The notes under the pieces are model-generated. The model worked only from the letters and a program-made list of their open reading frames with translations, was not told the DNA's origin and made no database searches. DNA of 64,000 nt from Dicyema japonicum (Eukaryota; Animalia; Dicyemida). Both the position numbers and the translations under genes were made by a program. The stretch spans positions 101,976 through 165,975 of the forward strand of contig RDEW01000004.1 of NCBI GenBank assembly GCA_011109175.1. Direction: 5' to 3'. Positions 41,223 through 51,949 of the stretch are shown here, piece by piece (position 1 is the stretch's first letter; the number at the start of each line of letters is the position of its first letter).

Positions 41223-43267
41223 CTAAAGAGATGCAATCCATGCATTGAAGTGGTCAATGTCAATAGCCCTGCCATGTCTAGGATCAATCGTTCTAACTTC
41301 AGGGGACTTGGAAGTTCCGTAGAAAATCTCATCCTTCAAAGGACTGAAAATCAACGATTCAGCACGAATATAACTACTATTTCCCCTATGAGCTCGTATC
41401 CTTTTCTTTGATCTCCGGACTTTGGAAATGTGGTTGAACGATATAATGATAACAACAGAAAGCAGGATGATCGCCAAAATGATTGAAACAATGACGAGGA
41501 TGTCACGTGGCTTGTAAAATGACTCCTCTTGCAAATTCCCATGGTGCGGGTTCTCTGTCTTTATGGAAGTCGACAAAACAGTAGATTTAGTAGTGGTAGT
41601 CATTGATGCCGTCGTCATTTTAGTAGTTGTCATTTCAGTGGTAGAAGGCATATTCTTTAACTCTTCAAATGATAAATGTTCGTTTGATGACGTCACACAT
41701 ACAAAGCATCGAGTACTCCCTCTATAAATCTAGGAATTGAGTATTTTTATAAACTTGGGGATATTTGTCTACGAAAGGAGCCATCCATTGAGACTCAGAA
41801 CAGATCCAGTCATTTTGGCACAATTCGATCTCTTCCACCGAGTTAACCAACAGTAACTTAGACATTTCTCTACCAGTCAATCCACAGGACCCTATGTCGA
41901 GGATTTTTGAACTATTTTTGAGTAAACGGTCAATGTGGCTCATCAATGATCCACATAACCCTTTACTGTGAGTCAAGGTGAGTATTTCAATCTAAAGTTT
42001 TTATAAACCAGTACATTATTTGAAGTCTCTGATCCTCCTGAAGAAACTACGGACACATCTACAGCCCTGTTATGTGCGAGGTATAGGGATTTCAGCATTC
42101 TAAGGTCTGTAAAAAACCCGAAATCAAGTCTCTTGATGGCATTATTGGACAAATGGAGCTCAGAGAGACGAGACAACCCCTTGAATGAATTAGCCTGTAT
42201 CTCTTCAAGTCCATTCGAGCTTAGATCCAGCTTAGAGAGCACGGAAAGGCCAGAAAACGAATTTGAGTCAATCCGAGAAATCGAATTATTCTGTAAATTT
42301 AAATTCCTGATAGATCCCGATAGTTTTCGAGGCACTTTTTGTAGGAGATTGTTGGAAAGATCCACAACTTTAACATTGGGTAACTTACTAAATACCCCCT
42401 CTTCAATATCAGTAATCAAATTCCGACTCAAATCTAACTCTAAGAGTGAGTTTCCGATATCCACAACGTCCTCACGGCGAACAGATCGGATCTGATTATT
42501 CGAAAGGGTCAGATAGTTCAATATTTTGACTTGAAGGTGAGGATATGAGTTCAGTCGACAATTATTAAGGTCAAAGTATTGAATTTCCCCAGCCATGTGA
42601 AGCGTAAGGTTCTCCATAAAATTGTTAGACAGGAAAATGAAGTTCAGGTTATAACATCTTGAGAATGCAAACGGATGAATGGTGGTTATTCCATTTCCGT
42701 TCAAATATATTCTTTTGAGATCGGTAGCCCCAGTGAGGTCATTCTCTTCGATTGAGTAAGTTTGTTGTTGGATAAATCCAATTCAGCCAGACTGGATAGA
42801 CTTCGGAGATCAAACCCGATGTTTCTCAGCTGGTTCCACGAAAGATCGAGGAACGAGAGAGATGTTGAGTTAGCGAAGACTTCAAAACGCAAATCTTCGA
42901 TGACATTGCTCTTAAGACTGAGGACTTCCAATCTTTTCAAGTCATTAAAGGCGTCTTTCTGCAAATAATCAATAGGAAGTTTAACCTCGATGGAATCTAT
43001 GATGTTGCCTTCCAAAATAAGAGTCCGGAGGTTGGGAAAAGAGTGAAATGTATCGACTCCAATTTTTCTTAGTGAATTTTTGTTAAATTTGAGAATTTCT
43101 ATTGCCTGACTATTTGACGGTCTCGGAATATATTGCAAGTTTTGGTTGGAACAATCCATTTCGATATTTGTTGAACACGTGCACAAAACGGGACATTCAT
43201 GTACTGAGCATACAACATGCCCCAGGATTAGTATGAAAAATCCGTTTCTGATAATTTCCCCCAACAT
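41223..43267 (-). CDS. Type I transmembrane leucine-rich-repeat protein
   Basis: Signal peptide, LRRNT (CPVLCTC...DCS), many LxxLxLxxN repeats, an LRRCT-like WICS segment, Thr-rich stalk, TM ILVIVSIILAIILLSVVIIISF and a short tail. Apparent 1-nt frameshift near 42755. Confidence 0.85.
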
Positions 43268-43689
43268 ATGGTCTCCACTGTTTGAATTACCCTTGGGAAG
43301 TCTAGAAAATTAAATTTATATTCGACACAAAAAACGGCAAACCAATGGACCACGTCTTTTATGAACGCACGGCGCGAATTAAGAAGTAATTGATTACGGC
43401 AGACTCGTCGAATATTAATTGGAATATTAATCAATAATTATTCAGACATTGTAATAAATTTTGATAACAGATTTAATGTTGAAATAAATCATTATGGGAG
43501 TCACAAACGACACCACGTTGACAGATTTATGTGAACCAATCAATAGCTCCTCTTATATTGTTTAGATTTGTGCACTTTTACCTTCTTTGATAACGGTAAT
43601 AACATTGATAAAAATTGTTATTTAATTCTAATTAAACACGTGTCTATGAACCTTTGTTGTATTTATTTTTACATTGCTAATGGTAATAC

Positions 43690-46400
43690 TTATATAAGCG
43701 CCATACCAGATGCATCTGATTGATCTCTGTGAGCCGTTTTTGGTTGTTAGTTTGGTTAGCAAATGATTTTGTTTATATGAAGGAACCGGGGGTAAATAGA
43801 TAAGCGATCATTGTTCCCTGAGGTCCAATTGACCACGTGGAATAACTGTTCATTTGATGATTTGGTTAAATTATATATTATGACTAGGTTAAGCTCTTTG
43901 GAGATAACACTTGTGTGGTTGCCGAGTAATGTTGCTATGTTCGTTTGTATTAATTGTTAGTCGATCGTCTTTGAACTTTTAATAAACATTATTTGATTGC
44001 CGAACAATCTAATTATGGTGGTAGAACCAAGTTCATTGCTTAATAATTCGGACTTGCATTGTAAAATTAGGTAACGTAGATTAATTTGTTGAGTCAATTT
44101 TAGTGACAGCTTATGGATATTCAAAAATTCCGATCTTGGGTTGAGTTCACTACAACACTGATGTATTGTGTCCTTGGAGCACAATTCTCTACTAGCTCCT
44201 ATGGAGGCTTCATCCCATTAGCCATAAGTTATAGACTTAAATAGTGTCAACAGAAAGCTTGGAGTAAGCTTGCCCCACCTTGTCCGTCTAAGCTAATGGA
44301 TTTTAATTGCGATTTATTGAGTTTCCTAACTCTAAATTTACTCTTCCAATTCGAGCACTAATCATTTTTCGACCTTTTCCAACTCAAGGAACAGTTCTTC
44401 GTAGTCCCTAACGTTTTTTGACATCAAAAAGATCATTTCCCCTATTTTGAATCCCATGTAGAAAAATTGCCGCTTTGATTAATTTTTAGTTTAGAAGACA
44501 CAGTTTAGAGCTACTTTCCGTTCAAGATCTCATTTTTAAAAAGTGACCCTATCAACGGTGACGATAACTCAGTTTTAAATCTCTCACAGAAGTTGATAAG
44601 TCTTGATTCAATTATCTCAATTGAGTCTCGGCGGCATTAACCTATTTCAAAAAATAAACGACTTAACCTTGATGACAGACCTATTTAAATACCTTTGTTG
44701 TTATATAAACCTGTCATCAACCCATTTGATTATTATTGGAACAAATCGAATATTAATGTAAGCTTTCGTGACTCGCTTATAGACCACTGATCCGACCACT
44801 CTTTATTTTTGGAAGTTAGTCTTTTTACCGAATAAATTTATTTCTCTTGTACTGTCCACGAACGGGATTTGTTCAAGAGATTTCATTTCTTCATTATCCT
44901 AACAGTCGGCGAACCAATTCAATCCCTAAACATTTTGTATCCAACATTTCTTTAGTTTATTAAGCTACAGTATCAAATATTTCATAGATCTGTCATTTAG
45001 CCTTCCACTTTATAAAAATGGGGACGAGACATGGATACAAGTCCATCTAACAATTCCTTCCTTTCTTCAAAACTTCAGGTTTCAAATATCCACTGAATCC
45101 ATCAACTCGTCCATGCTCACAAGAAAGAAGACAAGTTCTTTCCAATGCAATGCTGGGAATATATATTCAGGGGTACATTTTAAATTTCCAATCAATGTAA
45201 TTTCCACGTGGATGCATGTTAGCCTCTCAATGGCGAATCACTGGAATCATTCCCCCATCCGCCCATTGATTCCGAATCCAGGTTTCATGTTAAAGCAGTT
45301 GACAACAAGTATATGGTCTTAGAAAGTTTGATGTCAGTTATCTTGAGTCGATAAGTAGTCTTTATCTCCTCTAACAACATAATCTATCTGAGTGTACATA
45401 TTTTCACCTCCAATTCCACGTGACTATGTGTCTTGCTGGGTGCTTTAATGTCGTTTATAGATATAGATCATTACTACTCACAATTCATATGTATTCATCA
45501 GGAAGGTTTCTCCTGTTTCTTCAATGAAAACCAATGGAGAGATACCGGAACTCTCCGTAAGAAAGTGCACAACAAAAAAGCGAGAATATTGCCGTTCAGA
45601 TGTGAGACATGACTGTAAAAGAGGAATATCAGTGAATATTATTTCTCGAATATTTGAGACATGACTGTACAAGTCATTTTTGTAAAAAGACAGTATCATT
45701 TAAAGTCAATTTCTTGTAAGAATTGTATTCAGAAATATTTTGAATTTCCAATAATTCTGTCAAATAGATTAACATGGTAAAATTACTCCAAAAATTTTAT
45801 ATTGCCAATATCCATGGATTGAAGCAAATGCGTTCAATTTTAGAAGATTTTTATATATTCCAAGTTCAGTGGAACACAATGTGTAAGGAAGTGGTTAGTT
45901 AATAGTAAAATTCATTTTTTTTATTTTTGAGGTGAATATCAAAATTAATCAGCCAATCCATAAATGTACAATCATCCAAGCTGTTTGTGAACCATAGTAT
46001 GAGTCATCTATCATCTCAATAAGCTAATTGCTGGCACAAAATAGCATCGTTTTCATAAAAAGTAAGGCAAGTATAGAGTATGAAGACATGTTAATAAAAT
46101 TTTTATTTTTTCCAATATGTATTAAAAATTGTGGCCAATTTTTAAATTGCCCAATTAATAAGGAGAATAGGACTTTTCTTAGAATAATTTTCAAAATTTG
46201 GCCAATTTGCCGTATTTTTTCAAGTTCCTTGCTAGCTCTGCAACCTCTGGGTGAAACGGCATCAAGCAAATCATTTACTTCTCCCCTGTGCAAAGATATT
46301 ATCCAATACTTTACTAATAACGTTTTGTATGGTCCCATGAATCTTTAAGTGAGACATCCTTGATACATCAGGTAGATGAGTTTCTCTATTGATTTAAAAA
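43690..46400 (-). CDS. Probable unidentified intron-rich gene, divergent from RRS1
   Basis: Short open segments separated by GT...AG stretches of typical size and coding-like composition. Exon structure not resolved and no family recognised. Confidence 0.3.
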
Positions 46401-46481
46401 AGATCAATTATCTTAAAGGGATATTAAAAAATATAAAAATATAAATATTAATTTATAATTTTAATTTTAAATAAATTTGAG

Positions 46482-46487
46482 CACGTG
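46482..46487. promoter_or_regulatory. E-box CACGTG ending 5 nt before the RRS1 ATG
   Basis: Follows an AT-only spacer. Same arrangement as at LTV1. Confidence 0.45.
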
Positions 46488-46492
46488 ATAAT

Positions 46493-47614
46493 ATGGATAG
46501 CGACATGTGTGTTGAAGAAAATGGTGATCTTTATTCAGACTATGCCGTGGAATTCGACATTGGAAATTTAACTGCATTCGACCCATCGGATCTCCCAAAG
46601 TAAGAATCGACACAATTTTGTAGACAAACGAACAAAGCTACTTAAACTGTGCAACAAAGAGCACTCAGCTCATCTTTAATCAAATATGGAAGGTTGTCAA
46701 CAAAATATTAGTTGTAGCTTCCACGTGAGGTCAAAGACAACATCCACTTATTAAGGTTATCTTTTAAAGTCATGTTTAGCTTCCTAAGGCGACAACGAAG
46801 ATCCCACGTGAGAAGCCGCTACCGACACCAAAGCCACTGACAAAATGGCAGGAATTTGCAGCAATAAAGGGAATAAAACCAAAGGAAAAGAAGGTCTGGA
46901 ACGACGAGGCTAGGGCATGGGTCAAACGTGCTGAGAACTCAAAAATTGAGTCTCAGAAGTGGTTTGTTGAACTCCCAAATGATAAAAGTAGTCATGTTGG
47001 TAACATTTAGCCCAATTCAGCGACAAGTTCATTGAACGTGAGAAAATCAGCAAAGAGCGGGCATCCAAAAACGAGAAAAAAAGGATCGGAAATATCATTC
47101 GAGCTGGGAAGCGCGGTAGTTGTTGCGTTTAAGTGGTATTAGCACTTCCAGAAAAGTTTTTGGCCACAAAGTCGACGAGTGAGGATATTCGCAGGAGTCT
47201 TGATATCGCACGTGGGGCGACAGCGTCAATTGGGAAGTACACTGAAGGAGTAAAGGGTGAGAAAGCTCCTAAAGATAAGAAAAAACGGAATAAACCTGTA
47301 TTCAATCTCCCTAATTATAGTTGGAGTCAATTGTGGGGGACTTTGGTGCAGAAAAGAGTAGACATTTGGCTTTGGTAGATGAAATTGTTCGAGCTCCTGT
47401 GAAAGATATAGCTAAGAAGACTAGAAGTGCTGGGAAAACTTCGAAAATAGCAGTGGAAGAGGATGCAGGAAAGAAGAGTTCTGGGAGATTTAAACGAGGA
47501 AAGTTTGGAGTGAAGAGAAAGTCCACTGAAAAAATGGATAAAAGAGGGAAATTTGGAGTGAAGAGAAAGTCCACTGAAAAAGTGGATAAGAGTGCCAAAA
47601 GGGTTAAAAAATAG
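46493..47614 (+). CDS. RRS1: Ribosome biogenesis regulatory protein RRS1, spliced
   Basis: EFDIGNLTAFDP, QLIFNQIW, IPREKPLPTPKPLTKWQEFAAIKGIKPKEKK.WND, and a Lys-rich C-terminus. Confidence 0.9.
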
Positions 47615-47720
47615 ATTTTTTGTCTCAATATAACATTTTATATGTTTTTGTTGCTGAATGACTTTTATAGTAGACGATAGGGGGATTGTTTTAACTAAGG
47701 TTTTTAAGTCGATAATTCAT

Positions 47721-48535
47721 TTTTTTTAATTTATTTAACCCAAGACCACGGTAAAACAAAACTAATTATCACGTGATCCCGATGCATTCTAACAGAGACT
47801 TCATTTTTGCCTGGTGTTCTTCCTTTGTGCCCGCGCATGAACGTACAGGACGGCTGTCTGAATTTTCAGGGCCAACTTCCCGTGAGTGCCTCCAGGGGCG
47901 TAGGTCCGGGACGATGATCTTCACAAATCCAACGCTCCGTTACTCTGTAAGCCCTCTTTTGCATTTCCTCAATTTTCCTCATATTTGTTAAGATATGGAC
48001 GGTCCCACGAGGCGCATGCATATGAGAAACATGGCTCGATATATTGTTTGTATACGTTCATCAAGACTGGGTGAGTACCACTCTTCCATATTCCCGATAA
48101 ACTTTTCAATACGTTCTTCTCGCATTTCAATAGAATGTTTTCTACGTGAGGTGTTAAACAGAGATGCATATCAATTGTCACACCCAAGATCCTTTGACAT
48201 CTTTGGAAAGGGATGCCGACCTTGTTTAACTTCAAGGTGACTGTCTTCCTTCCCAATCTTTTGTCAGAGGTAAATAGTGAAGTAAACGACTTCTCTGCAT
48301 TCACCACGAGTCGGTTTTCCAATATCCAGGCATTAAGCATGTCCAGGTTAATTTGTATTCTTTCTGTGGCCTTCTGGATGTCCTGATCTCGCGAAGCCAG
48401 GATGTCCTGGATGTCCTGAGTTAAACAGAGCAGGGATAAAGGTGATCCTTGAGGGACTCCGTTTGGAAGGAGCCGTAAAATTGATTTCAGACCTCCGAGG
48501 CAAACACGTCCCCTTCGTCCACTTAGGAAGTTAAT
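47721..48535 (-). mobile_element. 5'-truncated LINE flanked by a ~64-bp direct repeat
   Basis: GVPQGSPLSLL, RILGVTIDMHL, VYKQYIEPCFSYACASW, and LLECIGIT-stop. Direct repeats at 47657-47720 and 48536-48600. Confidence 0.9.
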
Positions 48536-50559
48536 AATGACTTTTATAGTAGACGAGTAGGGGTATTGTTTTAATTAAGGTTTTTAGGTCGATAATTCAT
48601 GCTGCTAATAATAAAGCATTCATACAGCGCCAAAGTTAGAATCAATCATGTTGACTTGGGAGGGAATTGTAAATTCTATAAGACATGTCTGTTTTGGGTA
48701 TATACTCTCCAGGGCATATATTCAACTGCGAGAGGACTCGTGAAAGCATATTGGTGGAGCATAGGCACGGATTGGATTTTCGAGAAAGTGATGTTGAAGT
48801 TATTCATTACCTCCAACTAAATCTTTTGAATGAGAAGAGGAAGATCTGGATTCGCTCGTGGAACACAATGTTCGAGTTAACAGCAGCTAGACGATGGTAA
48901 GGATGAGTGTGAAGGTCTGGATAAAAGCCAAAAGCGAAGGAGGTCGGAGAACAAGAGGATAATTACTTAATTAGACTTATTGATCATTTATTTCCTATTT
49001 TTTTGTTAATTTAAACATGATTTATGCTTGAATTCAAATTATTTTTTTCGAAAAATACTGATGTCAGCTCACTTGTTTGTCAAATTTTTTATTTTGTGAC
49101 GCATTGACCATTAGAATACGTTGAGAGTCCCGACTGTACGTTACTTCTGATGACAGACATGTGATGAAAACGTGGAAAATATGTGATCATAACATCTGAT
49201 TTTTTATCCACATAAGTTAATCTATATACCAGCAAAATACGAGCCCATATTTTGTCTTGCGTTTCCACATATTCATACTCCACAAAATATTAAAGACATC
49301 AGGAAAGGATATTTACGTACACTCAAGCCACGTGGGTATTAAAATTTATAAATACTTCCATCCTTTCTGGCAGATTAGGGACGATGAAATTATATTTACT
49401 TTTTTAATTTTCTACTGTAATTGAAAGTTCCCAGTATTTGATAGATGAGACCACTTAACTTCTCGTTCTCCGTTTTATGTCTTGTTTCAGAAATCGTTAG
49501 GTCTTCTTGGAAGAAGAGTTTAGCGTTAATTCAAAATGTATCCCAGGTTAATTCGAAGCGCTCTCAAATGCAAAATAGGTTAAGTAGATTGGTAGTTTCT
49601 GAAGATTTCTATTTTCTGTGACCAAAAGGAGTGGGGGAAACAACGAAAAGATATATTTCAAGAATAAAGAGTTATTTGTGAGAAAAATTGAAATTACTGA
49701 TTTTGTCCATCGTAACGCTATTTGGAGGAATAACGATCTGCTACGTGCAAAGTCGACACCCTTCTTCTCAGAGAGTAGAATTTGTCGTCTTGTCATTCAT
49801 GCTTTCCCGAAGACCATAGTGCAGGTCACTTATACCCTGACCCGCCCTCAATTTCCTTTGCACATTAGATCATCTTATCAGATTGAGCATCTGTCTTTGT
49901 CTTTTACTTTCATTTGAAAAATCAGGGTTAAATAGATAAACAGATGAAGGGCTGCAGACCTCCTATTTCTACTCTCTTCTCTTTCAGATTAGTGACCTTA
50001 TTCTAACCATACTGAGTCGTCAGGTCGAACAGTGGATTAGTGATGCGAATTCCCCCGAAATTTTGACTCCATGTCTATCTTAGATAAGCATGTTTGAGTT
50101 CTTAAAGACAGCAGATGTTATCATAAATCGTACTATCATCCTATACGTTTAGCTTCTGGCTGATGGACTAAACGGGATTCGATTGTACGTGCATCTTACA
50201 CGTCCTTTGTTTAAAAGTTCAAGTTTCTGATGTCTCCTGAATTTTTCACCTTCTCCATTCTAATGAAAAGAAGAAAGACATTGATTTTCGCCCATCATGA
50301 AGCAAAGTAGACATTTAGTACAATAGAGGTACAATATTTGATTTCAATCAGCACTAGAAATCATTTTCCTAGTCTTAAGTTGTGATGTTTGGCATTTACA
50401 TTATCTGATTTATACCTCCGTTAGTGTTTCCTCATTTTTGCTGTGCTTCTTTAATTAATATTCACAGAATCACAGTCTAACCATTGAACATTATGATTTC
50501 GCGGAAATATAACTTTATTTTATAAGTAACAGCACACTAATCGATGTAAATTCACCCAA

Positions 50560-51100
50560 AACGTTGTGCTTTTATTCATTTCTGTCTGAAGGTTTCACTG
50601 ACGAAAATCTTGTATTTTCGGTTCTCCGATGACGGTGGACTGGTGTGGACTAAAGTCTTCTCGGAGAGACGCGTAATTGGCTATGTCTCCTTGATCAGTA
50701 TACCTCTCTATTCCTCCTAAAGAATAGCTTGCCAATTCAGAGGATTTCTTATATCCTCAAGAAAGCTCCTTATTTTTCTTTCACGAACCAACTCCCTTGT
50801 ATTGACTCTCTCTTTCGTGAAATGGTGGAGCACATTTGTAACTTTAGTTTCAACAACACCTCTTGGAAACAGGCCAAACTACCTGGTCAGACTTGATGAC
50901 CTTGGGATTCGATCTTTTCATGATGTTTCTCTACCCTCACTCCTTCCGTCGTAGATGTCCAAAGGCGAGATCTTCACGCTGACATTCAGAAATCACAATG
51001 TGTCAAAACCTTCAACGGCTATCACACTGCTTTTTGTTATTAAACATTCAGATTTATCTTCTCAATGGCAGTTCTAGGTGAGTCAATCCTTCTACCTAAG
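50560..51100 (+). mobile_element. Degenerate CRE-clade fragment (post-RT region)
   Basis: IDSLFREMVEHICNFSFNNTSWKQAKLP-VRLDDLGIRS..DVSLPS matches the CRE W.QA.LPV..GGLG.R motif. Confidence 0.65.
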
Positions 51101-51223
51101 GTACTGATCTAGCTTCTAGTCTTGAATGGAAGAAACCTAAAAAGATATAACGTCTTCTATTGGCTTTATACAAGAGACGAAAATCACATACTATCTAGAT
51201 GAAAACCATGGAAAGCTGCTCTC

Positions 51224-51949
51224 GATCTGAACTAGAGAGCAGCTCCACCAGTGCTCACATACATGGCTTCTGCGCTACCACCACTCTCTCCTACTCGTTG
51301 TGGCCTATCTTTAGCAAATAGAACTTGTATTGCCATAACGGCCCAGTATAGGTCAGACGCTACAGCGCCATCCATTTTCAAGGCCAGTTAATTCGACTGG
51401 TGAGTTATTACAACACCTTAGAGGCTTCCAACTACTAAGGTCACCTTCCTGTTGTCATAATCAACTGACACTTTTTATGGTATCCTGTGTGCGTATAGTC
51501 AAGCACCTTAACGTTTGGTTCATCCCACAGCGCCAGTCATGATTACCATGATTGGCCCACTTGGCACCCTTATTTTACGTATGAGTACACTCAAGTTAGT
51601 CACACTTCCCACACGTTTAAAGTTTGAAAAATAGTTTGCACCCGTATAAGCACAAATCCTCTAATCATACGCTTTAACATATGAAACTAGTCTCAAGCGC
51701 CAGATTCCTGAAAGAAATTTTAAGAGAGCTACTAGATTAGTATTCGCCCCTATACCCAGCTTAGACAATCGATTTGTACGTCATAACCGCGATAGACCTC
51801 CACCAGTGTTTCCACTGGCTTTATCTTAACCAGGTATAGTTCGCCATCTTTCGGGTTTTAACGCATTATATATCACTACCTCTACAACCGTAGAATCAAA
51901 AAGGGGTGTATGTTGCCGACTATATTGTCACATCTAATCACTTTTATTG
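51224..51949 (-). rRNA. 28S (LSU) rRNA fragment, probable pseudogene, left part
   Basis: Plus strand carries reverse complements of conserved LSU segments (CAGCGCCATCCATTTTCA, GGTTCATCCCACAGCGCCAG, TTCGCCCCTATACCCAG, CCATCTTTCGGGT). Short deletions fall in universally conserved positions. Confidence 0.9.

Noticed and set aside
49060-50460. Short ORFs on both strands between two TE relics
   Set aside because: No consistent spliced frame or recognisable motif could be built.
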